The notes under the pieces are model-generated. The model did no database searches, was not told where the DNA came from, and saw only the letters and a program-made list of their open reading frames with translations. A DNA stretch of 59,846 nt. Origin: Lama guanicoe. Taxonomy: Eukaryota. The stretch spans positions 214,071 to 273,916 of the forward strand of contig MU054194.1 of NCBI GenBank assembly GCA_013239625.1. Reading direction: 5' to 3'. Positions 43,204 to 53,490 of the stretch are shown here, piece by piece (within the stretch, counting starts at the first letter, position 1; every line of letters starts with the position of its first letter). The position numbers and the translations under genes are program-made.

Positions 43204-43405
43204 CAAGGCCTAGCAAACCTTTCCCACAAAGGGCCACATAGTAAATATTCTAGATTTGAAGGCCTGTGTTCTCTGGGCAACTAATCAGATCTGTCATTGG
43301 ACTCAAAAGCAGTAATAGTCAAAACATAAACAAATGAGCATGTCTGTGTTCCAAAATAAATTTGCTTATTAAAGTGTATAGGTGACCATTGCTTGCAGAC
43401 CGCTG
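43204..43405 (+). mobile_element. hAT-Charlie MER58-like MITE
   Basis: caaggcctagcaaacctttcc..aaagggccacatagtaaatatt..tgtgttccaaaataaa..gcagaccgctg follows the MER58A pattern. Confidence 0.7.
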
Positions 43406-46107
43406 TAAATGGCCAAAATCTTACTCCAAATTAAAAGCAGACATCATGGGATTAGATAAAAGAGCAAGACTGAACAATGTGCTGGCAAAAGGAAATGTAA
43501 TTCAAAAATGAAGACCCAAATGCATTGTGAGATATCTATCTATATATATATATATATTTCATGCTAATAACAATCAAAAGAACCCTGGAGCGGCTACACT
43601 TATCTCAGACAAAACAGGCCTCAGAAGTAAGAATAGCAACATGTTTAAAGGAGACTTTGTCATAATGATCAAGGGGTCAATTCATCAAGAAGACATTAAA
43701 AATCCTCAGCAATTCTGCATCTGACAGAGCCTCAACATACAAAACACACACATACACACATACACACACACACATGCATGGATTCAGCTGCAAGGAGAAA
43801 TAGTCAAATCCAAAATTATTGTTGGAGATTTAAAGAGTTTTCTCTCAGTAATAGATGAAACAAATAGACAGACAATCAGCAATGAGGTAGAACTAAGCAA
43901 GGCCATCAATCAAATGTAACATGTTGACACAGAATACTTCTTCCACAGAAAGGAGGATAAAACTTATATTTGAGACAATATGGAACATTCACCAAAATAG
44001 CCAAATACCTTGGATTGTGAAACAAGCCTTACCAGATGTAACAGAATGGATATCAAACAAAATGTGTTCTCAGACTATGATGACATTAAGCTGGAAATTA
44101 ATAGCAGAAAACTATCCCAACACTGGGAATTAAGCAGCACACGTCGAAATGATCCTTAGGTCAATAAGGAGGTCTCAGTTGAAATAAGAAGTTTCAGTTT
44201 TTTAACTGAACAATAACAAGAATACAACATACCAAAATGTGTGGGATGCAGCTAAGGCAGCAGTTATGGAGAAATTTTTAGGTTTAAATGCTTATGTTAG
44301 AAAAGAAAGAAAGACTCCAATTAGTAATCTAAGATTCACTCTCAAAGGAGAAAAGAGGAACAAAGTAAAGTCAAATCAAGCTGTGGAAAGGAAATAAGAT
44401 AAAAGCCAAAATCAATGCAACTGAGACAGAAAAGCAGAAAAATCAATAAATCAAAACACTCGACCGTGGCTTGGAAAAGATTAATAAATTGATAAATCTC
44501 TTTTATGTCAGGCCTGACATAAAAGGTGTGAAGATACCAATATCAATATAGGACTGAATAAGGAGTTATCACTATAAACTTGGAAACATTAAGACGGAAT
44601 ACTACAAAATGGCTCTACAATGAAAACTAGATGGTTTAGGTGAAGACAGACTATTTCCTTAAAGAACAAAAGCTACTCAAATGCCCACAAGATCAAACAG
44701 ATAACATTGAATATTCATGTAACTATTAAATGAATCAAAGTCTTAGTCAAAAACAGATTTAAAAGGAAATCTGCAGGGACTCGTGGTTTCATTTGAAAAT
44801 CCTCCCAGTTACAGAGGAAATAATACCCATTGAGTACACACTTGTGTAAGGAATTGAAGAGGAAGGACTACATCAAAACTCTAAAACTTACTTTGTGAGA
44901 CTGAAATTACTCTGATACTACAACCAGATAAAGACATTACCAAAACAGTGATCTGCAGTCCAATATTCCTAAAGAACATAGATGGAAATAATTGTCAAGG
45001 AATTATTAGCAGATTATATTCCACAGCATATTAAAAAGGATAATACAGCATGACCAAAAGAAGTGTATCAACAGGATGCAAAGCTGGTTCTATATTTGGA
45101 ATTTAACAAGTGTAATCCGCCACATAAACAGACTAAAGAAGAAAAACCACACGGTCAATGACAATAGATGCAGAAAAAGGTTTTGGCAAAGTGCAACATA
45201 ATTTCATAATTAAAACTCTCCTAAGAGTAGGAACAGAAGGGTACTTCCTCAAACAAAACACATTTACAAAAATCTTACAGCTAACATCAAACTTAATGTT
45301 GAATTACTGGATGCCTTTCTTCTGAGATCAGGGGCAAGGCAAAGAAGTTATCTCCTGACAGTCCTATTCAACATGGTGCTGAAAGTATGAGTCAATGAAA
45401 TAAGGCAAGAAAAAAATTAAAAATGCATACAGTTTGGGAAGGAATAAGTAAAAGGGTTTTTACTCACGGTCTACACACAGAAAAACCCAAAGAAAGAATC
45501 TACAAAAAACAAAAAACAAAAACAAAACCAACAACAATAACAATAACCACAACAAAAAAACCTCTAAAACCAATAAGAGAGTTTAACAAGGTGACAGGAT
45601 ACAGGGTCAACACACACACAAAAAATCAAACTTATTTCTATACACTAGAAATGTCCAATCCTTTGCAAAACAGTGAACCTCCACATAAGCCTGAAATCTT
45701 ATGTGGAAGCTAACTCAAAGTGGGTGAAAGGTCTACATGTAAACTCTAGAGCTCTAAAACTTTTAGAATAAAGCATAGGGGAATATCTTCATGAATTAGG
45801 GTTAGGCAAAGGCTTCTTAGATGTGGCATCAAAATCATGATCCATAAGTAAAATAATTGATAAATTGGACAATTCCAAGATTAAAAACTTTTGTTCTCTG
45901 GAGAACACTAGTAAAGAAGGAGAGAATAAACTACAGCCTAGAAGAAAATATTTGCAAATAAAATATCTGAAATAGGATTTATACGCAGGATGTATAAAAA
46001 CTCCCCCAACTCAACAATAAGTTAAGAGAAAAAAAAAACTAGTTGTAGAGTGAGCAATAGATACTGAGATTTCAACCAAGATGACATAAAGATGACACAA
46101 ATCTAAT

Positions 46108-46381
46108 AGGAAGTACCAACACACATCTAATCAAATGACTAAAATACACACAAACACACACACACACACACACACGCATTACCTAGTGCTGGAGGTGATG
46201 TGGAGCTACTCGATCTCTCAAGCATTGCTGCTATGAGTGCTAAAATCTGGCTCAAACTGTCACATGGTTTTGCAGTTTCTCCCAAATTTAAACCTATACT
46301 TACCATGTTATTCAGCAGTCCAAATCCTGTGTAACCTAGAAAAAGAGGAAGTACCAACACGCATCTAATCAAATGACTAAA

Positions 46382-46416
<35 letters not shown>

Positions 46417-46583
46417 TTACCAAGTGCTGGAGGTGATGTGGAGCTACTGGATCTCTCAGGCATTGCTGCTATAAGTGCTAAAATCTGGCTCAAACTGTCA
46501 CATGGTTTTGCAGTTTCTTCCAAATTTAAACCTATACTTACCATGTTATTCAGCAGTCCAAATCCTGTGTAACCTAGAAAATA
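46108..46583. repeat. Tandem duplication of about 238 bp including a (CA)n tract
   Basis: 46108-46345 and 46346-~46583 are near-identical (aggaagtaccaac...gtaacctagaaaa). Confidence 0.95.
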
Positions 46584-47088
46584 GAAAACTTAAGTTCACT
46601 GAAAAATCCTGTACACAGATGTCATGGCAGGTCTATGCATATTTCACCAAAACAAAAACCCCAGAAAACAAAAACCTGGAAACAACCCAAAGGCCTTAAA
46701 ATATGTGAATGGATAAAATCCACTATGGTGCATCCATACAATTAGATTGAATGAACTACTAATGCATGTGACAACTTGGATGGATCACAAGGTACTGCAT
46801 GATTTCACTTATATATCATTCTCAAAATGACAAAATTACACTGATGGAGAATAGGTCTGTGGTCGCTGGGACTTGGGGCCAAGGTAGTGGTGTGATGGAA
46901 CAGTGCCATATCCTGATTGCAGTAATGGTTACACTAATCTATACATTTGATACCATTCACAGAGCTTTATGCCAAGAGGGAAAAATCAAATTTTACAGGG
47001 TGATAATTTGAAAAAAATTAAAAATTAAAAATCATGCACACACACAGTATTCCACGACATACCTATTAAAATGGCTGAAGTCTATAGA

Positions 47089-47190
47089 ATTTATTTTACT
47101 TTATTTTTTTTAATGGAGGTGCTGGGGATTGAACCCAGGACCTCAAGCATGCTAAGCACGCACTCTCCCACTGAGCTATACTCTCCCCCC
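47089..47190 (-). mobile_element. tRNA-Ala(AGC)-derived SINE, Vic-1-like (camelid)
   Basis: Reverse complement is GGGGGGAGAGTATAGCTCAGTGGGAGAGTGCGTGCTTAGCATGCTTGAGGTCCTGGGTTCAATCCCCAGCACCTCCA plus an A-rich tail. A and B boxes present. Imperfect TSD taaa(a/g)tggct(g/a)aagt. Confidence 0.85.
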
Positions 47191-47317
47191 TAAAGTGGCT
47201 AAAGTTTAAAACACCGATTTTATCAAGTGCTGGCAAAGATGTGGAGGAACTAGAATTTGAATACATTGCTGATGGAAATGTAAAATGGTACAAAAACATT
47301 GGAAAAATATTTGGCAA

Positions 47318-47679
47318 TATGTCTTAGTCCGTTCAGGCTACCATAACAAAACACCACACAGACTAGGTGGCTTATAGACAACAGAGATGTATTTCTGGAG
47401 GCTGGAAAGTCCAAGATCAAGGAGCCAGCATGGTCACGTTCTGGTGAGGGCTTTCTTCTTGGTTTGTACCAGGCGATGTCTTACTGTGTTTTCACATGGT
47501 TAGAAGCGCTGAGCTGTCTCTCTGGAGCTGCTTTCACAAGGGCATTAATGCTATTCATGAGGGCTCCATTGTCATGGCCTACTCACCTCCCAAAAGCCCT
47601 ACCTCCTAATACCGTCACATTGGGAATCAGAGTTTTAACATACAAATTTGGGGGGAACACAGACATTTAGACCATAGCA
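47318..47679 (-). mobile_element. MaLR solo LTR (MLT1A-like)
   Basis: tgtcttagtccgttcaggctaccataacaaa...gaccatagca with 5-bp TSD ggcaa/ggcag. Confidence 0.85.
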
Positions 47680-48819
47680 GGCAGTTTCTTAAAGTATTAC
47701 ATATACACCTACCATATGATCCAGGCATCCTAGTCCTAGGAATTTACCAAAGAGAAAGGAAATCATGTGTACAAATACTTGTATATGAATGCTCAGAGCA
47801 GCTTTATTTTCAATAGCCAAATAATAAACACAATAATAAAACATCGGTAAAGTCCATCAACATGTGAATGGATAAACACACTGTGGTATTTCCACATAAT
47901 GGAATATTCAAAGCAATAAAAAGTAATGAACCATTGATATACATTACAACATCAATGAATCGCAATATGCTGAGTGCAAGAAGCCAGACTAAAATGAGTA
48001 TATACACTATCATTAAATTTATGTAAAATTCCAGAGAATGCAATTGAATATATACATATATATATATACACACATATACATATATATCACAGAGAGCAGG
48101 TCAGTGGTTGCCTGGGGACCAGAGGGAGTAAGGAGAGGATGGAGGCAGGGATCACAAAGGAGCAGGGGCAGGAAATTCATCGTATCAAAATATACCTTGG
48201 AGGAGTGTATGTGAAAGGAAAGGGCAATGAAGAAAGGCTGCACAAGGTGCTTCCAAGTTACTCACAAGATTCTAAAACTTACTGAGGGGCAGCGACCATG
48301 CATTCTGCCTGATCAACATACAAATTACTATACACACACACACACATATACTTCCTTCTTGTATGTGTGAAACATTTAAGAAAATGCACGTAAGCATCAT
48401 GAAAGATAAGTATATGCATATATATTATAGAGTTAATGGTAACTATAGGGTTATTTTATAGACCAGGGATTCACACAGTTTTAGAAATGGATAGAGTACT
48501 ATGATCATCAACTGTGAGGCCCTCAGTTTACATCGAGACTAGTGAAGCGACCTGCCTCAGGTCAAACCACTAAGACTTAAACCTTGGTTGTTACTTTACT
48601 CCCACAGGACAGCTCTTTTAATTACTCCACCTTCCTTTTCTCATCTCTTGAGCTAGTTGTCTTTCTGTGACTTCAGTTAAACACTCTGCCCCCTCACAAG
48701 TAAAAGACATTCCTACATACATATATAAACATATAGATACACAAATACAACATTTGCCCATACATCCATACATATATGCACGCATACATACATACATACA
48801 TACATACATGCATGCATGG

Positions 48820-49255
48820 TGTGCTGTTTAAAAACCAGCTCTCTGGGAGGGGGACAAATTTGCAGCATGCACTTACCAATTTCTCTCTTCCCATTTCTCC
48901 CACCATGGCTGATTTCAAGCTCCCAACATGATGTCACTGAATATGGAGTTTTGGAAGAGATGTGCAGTAGAACGCCATTTATAGTTTTTTCACCCTACAG
49001 ATACAGTAGATGCAAATAAGCTCAAAAGAAAAACAGATTAATAGTAAAATGTAGTAAAATAATTAGGAAAGAATGTGTTTTGAGTGTTTACTACCTTTGG
49101 CTTTAATACAATGTATTAATGAATTCATTTACTTATTTTGTTTATATAATTTGATATTTACTAATGATATGCTTGCCAACTGGCTCACAAAATTTCCTAA
49201 AACTTTAACAACTGATTACCACCCGTTGATTTGAGCCAGCTTTAACATACCATTG
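48820..49255. mobile_element. hAT-Blackjack MER63-like element
   Basis: ccaccatggctgatttcaagct..atgatgtcactga core and terminal gagccagctttaacataccattg. Confidence 0.65.
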
Positions 49256-49939
49256 CTGCATAAACAGCTGCAAACTTTGGTGTGTGCTTCAAAAGTTCCT
49301 TGGAGTATTTCTTCCCTACTATAAAGCCAACAGAGTAAGCCTGCATTGCCCTTATTTGCTACATTTAAGAATTTGGCAAAGTAGTGGGTTAAATTTACAA
49401 ACCATTCTTTGATCATCCTTATCAAATAAAAGGTGGAATTGAGTAAGCACTACATAGAGAGAGTCCATAATGTAAAATAAAGTAATTTGTACCTACTATA
49501 CCTAGATGGATTGATGCTGGAATCACATTTCTCCAGATGTGTCTTCCTGTTTATCTAAAAATCTAGGCCCCATCCCTCCCTCCCTCCCTCCCTCCCTTTC
49601 CTCCTTTCCTTCCTTTTCTCCTTGCCTTCCTTTCCTCCCTCCCTCCCTCTTTCGTTTGTCATTGTTTTCTTGAGAACAGAAACAATAGAATATAGAGAGA
49701 GATAGAAATATAGGTAGTGAGAGAGAGACCGAGGGAGGAGAGAGAGAGACAGAGAGAGATTTTACAGAATTGGCCCCCACCATATGAAGATGTAATAAAT
49801 ATTTTTTGATATTATGTAATTATTGTTTTGGCATCTTGAGGTCATGGGGCCATGCCAGTGACCCAAGGTTGTTTTCACCCCACCATCCCAGTGTTTTTGC
49901 AAGTTATGTGGAAATCTTATTACAAACACTCCATCCACT

Positions 49940-50180
49940 AGCCTCAACACATATGTTTTGCTTCTTTCCCAATAGGGGGCATCTCCACCTAGCTAGTTCC
50001 TGCCAACATAGCAAAAGACTTTACCCAAGTTCCTCTCTCTTCTTCCTGTAGGTGACCCCATGTGCCCCTGTGTGGTGTGTCACGCCTCCCATCCTCTGAG
50101 GAATTGTGAGTAATAAACTTTTCTTTCAAAGGCAGTAAGCTCCTTTTCTGACATCTTACCATACCTGAGTACAACAAATG
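49940..50180 (+). mobile_element. Old LTR fragment (ERVL-like, family uncertain) about 0.5 kb upstream of the retrogene promoter
   Basis: gtgtggtgtgtcacgcctccc..tgtgagtAATAAActtttc has LTR R/U5 character. Confidence 0.4.
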
Positions 50181-50571
50181 CTGGGTGCATCTTAAACTAA
50201 ATCCTGGGTACAATGGCAAGTCCAAAACCTGTGGGATAGACTGACAGTCTATTTGTCTTCGGTCAACACAATCTTGATACTAGTCTGGATAAACCTGTGC
50301 CAGTTTAGCATCTCTCAGGCCTAGCATGCTAGCCCTGGCAGCCTTCCTGTGTTCCCCTGCAGGAACATAAAAACACAACCAACCAACCAACCAACCAACC
50401 CACCAACCAACCCACCCCACATCAGGCTTCTTCCACTGGGTCTTAATTTCACGCCGTTGTCATTTTGCCTGCTTACACAAAATGGCTAACCCACGGAGAG
50501 GGGACACCAGGGTTTGGAAGAGGACCACAGTTTTGTGAGTGAATATTGGGAGAGTGCCCCTTAGAAGGCTG

Positions 50572-50836
50572 CCAATCTCCTCAACCAAGGCAGGGGGATG
50601 GAAGGAGGGTCCTCTCTTGACAACCACTCAAGCAAGCAAGAGCGTCTTCAAGACCCCTCCCTAGAGCGTCCTGTGCCCCTGCTCCACCAGGGCCACGAGG
50701 CGCTGTGACGTGATGGCAGGAGCACGGGGCAGAGCACATGTGCCCCGCCCCCATCTCGAGCCCCCGCTAGGGCCCCATTGAGACGTCACCGCGGTAGCCA
50801 TTGTCATTGGCAACACGTCGCGTTGCCCCAGGAGAC
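50572..50836 (+). promoter_or_regulatory. Putative TATA-less promoter with CCAAT, CRE-like sites, GC box and RFX X-box-like motifs
   Basis: CCAAT 50572-50576; TGACGTGA 50706-50713; CCCCGCCCCC 50743-50752; GACGTCA 50782-50788; GTAGCC..GGCAAC 50794-50814; GTTGCCccaGGAGAC 50822-50836. Motif matches only. Confidence 0.5.
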
Positions 50837-52120
50837 TCCACAGGCCTCTCCAAGGCTCTCAGAGCGAAGCCACAGGGTCCTTGGCCCTGACCCACGACCC
50901 TCCCCGAGAGAGGCTCCTACCTCCAGCCCAAGCCCCCTCCCCCACCTTCCAACCTCAGAGGACCGACTTTCCCTCAGATTCTCTGAGAAAGGAGAGCAAG
51001 GACTGACGGCCTCATGAGTGAGGCCGGAGAGGCCACCTGCACGGAGGTGGCAGCTTCCATCTCCCCTCAAGCCGCGCAGAAACACCTGGCGTCCTTGGGA
51101 GGCGGAGATCCTCCCCGGGCCCTAGTCGCAGGCAACCTCAGCGGCGATGGGATCCCCAGGACCCCCGCGGAGGGCGCCAAGGGAAAGGTGCCCAAGCAGG
51201 TCATCGCTAAGAGCGTGCGAGGCTCCGTCAAGTGGTTTAACGTGAAGAATGGGTACGGTTTCATCAGCAGGCACGACACCCAGGAAGATGTGTTCGTTCA
51301 CCAGAGGGCCATCACCCGAAACAACCCTCACAAGTACCAACGCAGCGTGGGCGACGGCGAGACGGTCGAGTTCGACGTGGTGCAGGGCGAGCGGGGCACC
51401 GAGGCCGCTAACGTGACCGGGCCAGCCGGCGCACCAGTGGAGGGCAGCCGCTATGCTGCCAACCGCCCCCGCTTCCGCCGGGGCTTCTATATCCACCGCC
51501 GCGAGCAGCCACCACGCGGTCCCAAGGGTGCTGAGGACGACGCTGACGAAGGCGAGGGCAGCGGCGAAGGCTCCACCGCAGCCCAGGGCCTGAGGCGCCG
51601 CCCGCCTGGCCACTCCCAAGACCAACGCCTGCGGCGCTTCCCGCCCTGCCGCAGGGCCCCGGCGGTGATCCGCCGCCCCTCGATGCAGGCTACTAGCAAC
51701 GGTCCACGGGCCGCCCAGCTGCCGGGGGCCGCCCAGACCGCAGGGCCCGAGCCACGGCGGGGGCCGCGCGTCAGCTACCTGCAGAGTCGCCCTAGGGGCC
51801 GAGGCACCGCGCTTGCTCCAAGACCCTCACCAAGTATCTCTGTGGAGCCCGAGGAGGAAAACAAGGAGAGCGGACGCGTCGCTGGACATCCGAAGCAGAG
51901 CCCCCCTCCACGCTGCGGATCCCGCTGCCCCAGTAACCCGCGCCACCTCCCGCAGCAGGCTCCTGGCACCCAGGACCAGGACCCCGAGGGAGGAGAGGGC
52001 AAGCTACGGAAGAGCCCTACTGAAACACCTGCTGCCGTTGCTGTGGCCAAGAAGAACAGTGCCACTGCGGAGGAGGATCCTCTGCTCATGGATGCCCCCT
52101 CTGCCGCCCAGGCCGACTAA
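50690..52120. promoter_or_regulatory. CpG-island-like GC/CpG-rich domain covering the promoter and ORF of the YBX3-like gene
   Basis: Abrupt switch from AT-rich, CpG-poor flanks to dense CG dinucleotides from about 50690 to the stop codon. Confidence 0.8.
51014..52120 (+). CDS. YBX3-like: Intronless Y-box-binding protein (cold shock domain), diverged retrocopy of the YBX3 long isoform, 368 aa
   Basis: Uninterrupted ORF with an in-frame upstream TGA at 50984-50986. N-terminus MSEAGEAT and VAGN match YBX3. CSD at aa 61-138 (51194-51427) has [12 protein letters not shown] and DVFVH, followed by PVEGSRYAA and the RRFPP segment of the long YBX3 isoform. No introns, whereas parental YBX genes are multi-exon. 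Confidence 0.9.
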   Translation: MSEAGEATCTEVAASISPQAAQKHLASLGGGDPPRALVAGNLSGDGIPRTPAEGAKGKVPKQVIAKSVRGSVKWFNVKNGYGFISRHDTQEDVFVHQRAITRNNPHKYQRSVGDGETVEFDVVQGERGTEAANVTGPAGAPVEGSRYAANRPRFRRGFYIHRREQPPRGPKGAEDDADEGEGSGEGSTAAQGLRRRPPGHSQDQRLRRFPPCRRAPAVIRRPSMQATSNGPRAAQLPGAAQTAGPEPRRGPRVSYLQSRPRGRGTALAPRPSPSISVEPEEENKESGRVAGHPKQSPPPRCGSRCPSNPRHLPQQAPGTQDQDPEGGEGKLRKSPTETPAAVAVAKKNSATAEEDPLLMDAPSAAQAD

Positions 52121-52350
52121 CAGCTCGGCTCCCTCCCCAGGGGCTCCCTGGCTTGGGCTGCAGGTGATGTCCCCTTGAAGAGAAGATGCCCTTTGGGTGC
52201 ATCACAGTCCAAACATCCACACTGTTAGACTTGTGCCCTGAGAAAAATCCATGCCCCTTCCCCAAGGCTTGAGGATAAATCACAAGATCTATACGTCTCT
52301 AAACTCCCTCGTGCCATCTGCCTTGGTAGTTTCTGCACACACGCAGGCAT

Positions 52351-52417
52351 GTACACACACACACACTCACACACACACACACACACACACTCTCTCTCTC
52401 TCTGTCTCTCTCTCTCT
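52351..52417. repeat. Compound (CA)n(CT)n microsatellite in the retrogene 3' UTR
   Basis: Directly visible, flanked by duplicated tctgccttggtagttt (about 52317 and 52433). Confidence 0.9.
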
Positions 52418-52641
52418 CCCTCCCTCATACAGTCTGCCTTGGTAGTTTTGGTACACACACACACGCCTGTGCTTCTGACTATTCTTTTTAAAGATCTGAC
52501 CAGGACCACAGCTATTATACTGCATCCCCAGGTGAATTAGTTGGAGTGCTTTTAAAAATTAGTTTTTATTTTTAATACAAAAACTAAGATTATCTGATGT
52601 TGAAGATTATCTGACATTGGTTGCTGTGGGATATTACTCAC

Positions 52642-52718
52642 CTGAGTGGTCATTTTTTCAATAAAACATTTCCTGTTACTTTTATCTGTTATCACTGTTG
52701 TCTGATTTTTTTTCAAGC
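52642..52718 (-). CDS. Exon E of the minus-strand gene (contains the stop or a +1 frameshift)
   Basis: Acceptor attatgtgctaacag|, consensus donor CAG|gtgagt, 120-nt intron after D. As assembled it reads LLEKKSDNSDNR* (TAA 52682-52684). Removing one A from the A8 run (52706-52713) gives LLEKNQTTVITDKSNRKCFIEKMTTQ, ending in phase 0. Confidence 0.55.
52660..52665 (+). terminator. Candidate polyadenylation signal of the YBX3-like transcript
   Basis: First AATAAA I found after the stop (about 540 nt downstream), followed by a U/GU-rich tract (tcctgttacttttatctgtt...). A second AATAAA is at 52945-52950. Confidence 0.5.
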
Positions 52719-52838
52719 CTGTTAGCACATAATTGTATTGACACAGTCCTTTCAATCCTTCTTAGAGCCAGTTTTAGCAAAGATCGTGCCTATTGTTCTC
52801 TTTACAAGTCATGAATTTAAAACTAATTCTGGACTTAC

Positions 52839-53001
52839 AGGTTGAACTTCTCAGGGTATTCTAAAGGATAAGAATACTTGGAAAAGAAAGACATCTCCTC
52901 ATCACTTTCTCTTTCATCCTCTTCCCCTGCCCTGCCATTTGAGCAATAAATCTGGAGGGTGGGCCCAACTACCCACACTTCCTGCTTAGGTAGTGAGTAC
53001 T
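52839..53001 (-). CDS. Coding exon D of the unidentified minus-strand gene
   Basis: Acceptor ctttttgtgttttgcctcatag|, donor AACCT|gtaagt. 163 nt, only one frame open: YSLPKQEVWVVGPTLQIYCSNGRAGEEDERESDEEMSFFSKYSYPLEYPEKFN; phase 1 to 2. Confidence 0.78.
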
Positions 53002-53149
53002 CTATGAGGCAAAACACAAAAAGCTGAGCAAAACACCATGACAAGTAAAAAATGTGGCTCTCTGGAAACAGAATTTGCCTCCTCTGTATTGTGTTTCTTT
53101 TAATGGATTCAATATAATACGATTTAAGTGGTTAAAAGAAAATGGGCAT

Positions 53150-53490
53150 GAAGGGCTGGGGGGTGGGGGAAATGGGGAGATACTGGACAAGGGGTACAAA
53201 CTTTCAGGTGTAAGATGAATGAGTTCCAGGGACCTAATGTACAGCATGGTGACTATAGTTAACAGTACTGTATTGTGTACTTGATAGTTGCTGTGAAAGT
53301 AGAGCATTAATGTTCTCACCATGACAACAAGAAACAAAATGATAACTATGTGAGGTGAAGGGTGTGTTAATTAACCTTATTGGGGGAAACATTTCACAAT
53401 GTATACCTGTCTAAACTTATCACATTGTATATTTTAAACTTACACAATGTTATGTGTCAGTTATACCTCAATAAAGCTGGGGGAAAATCT
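53150..53490 (+). mobile_element. L1 (L1MA9-like) 3' UTR fragment in the intron between exons C and D
   Basis: gggaaatggggagatactggacaaggggtacaaactttcag...tacctcaataaagctgg. Confidence 0.8.

Larger units (their letters stand above)
41021..48120 (+). mobile_element. Run of plus-strand old L1 fragments (L1MA/MB/MC-like)
   Basis: Successive ORF2 and 3' UTR remnants (41021-42410, 42410-42820, 43130-47000, 47040-48120), all on the + strand. Confidence 0.8.

Noticed and set aside
47114..47190. Functional tRNA-Ala(AGC) gene
   Set aside because: It has an A-rich tail, a TSD-like flank, sits inside an L1 and has stem mismatches, so it is a SINE.
49250..49320. Extra minus-strand host exon (GKKYSKELLKHTPKF...)
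   Set aside because: The apparent gtatgt donor is part of the MER63-like terminal repeat and the acceptor is weak.
50960..50977. 5' UTR intron acceptor (ctttccctcag) for the retrogene
   Set aside because: No convincing upstream donor near the promoter; cannot be supported without RNA data.
51014..52120. The parental YBX3, YBX1 or YBX2 locus
   Set aside because: No introns and a CSD far too divergent from the near-invariant parental domain.
51067..52178. Overlapping alternative ORFs (51122-51625 minus, 51775-52089 minus, 51813-52178 plus)
   Set aside because: Expected stop-poor shadow frames of a GC-rich CDS with no recognisable domains.
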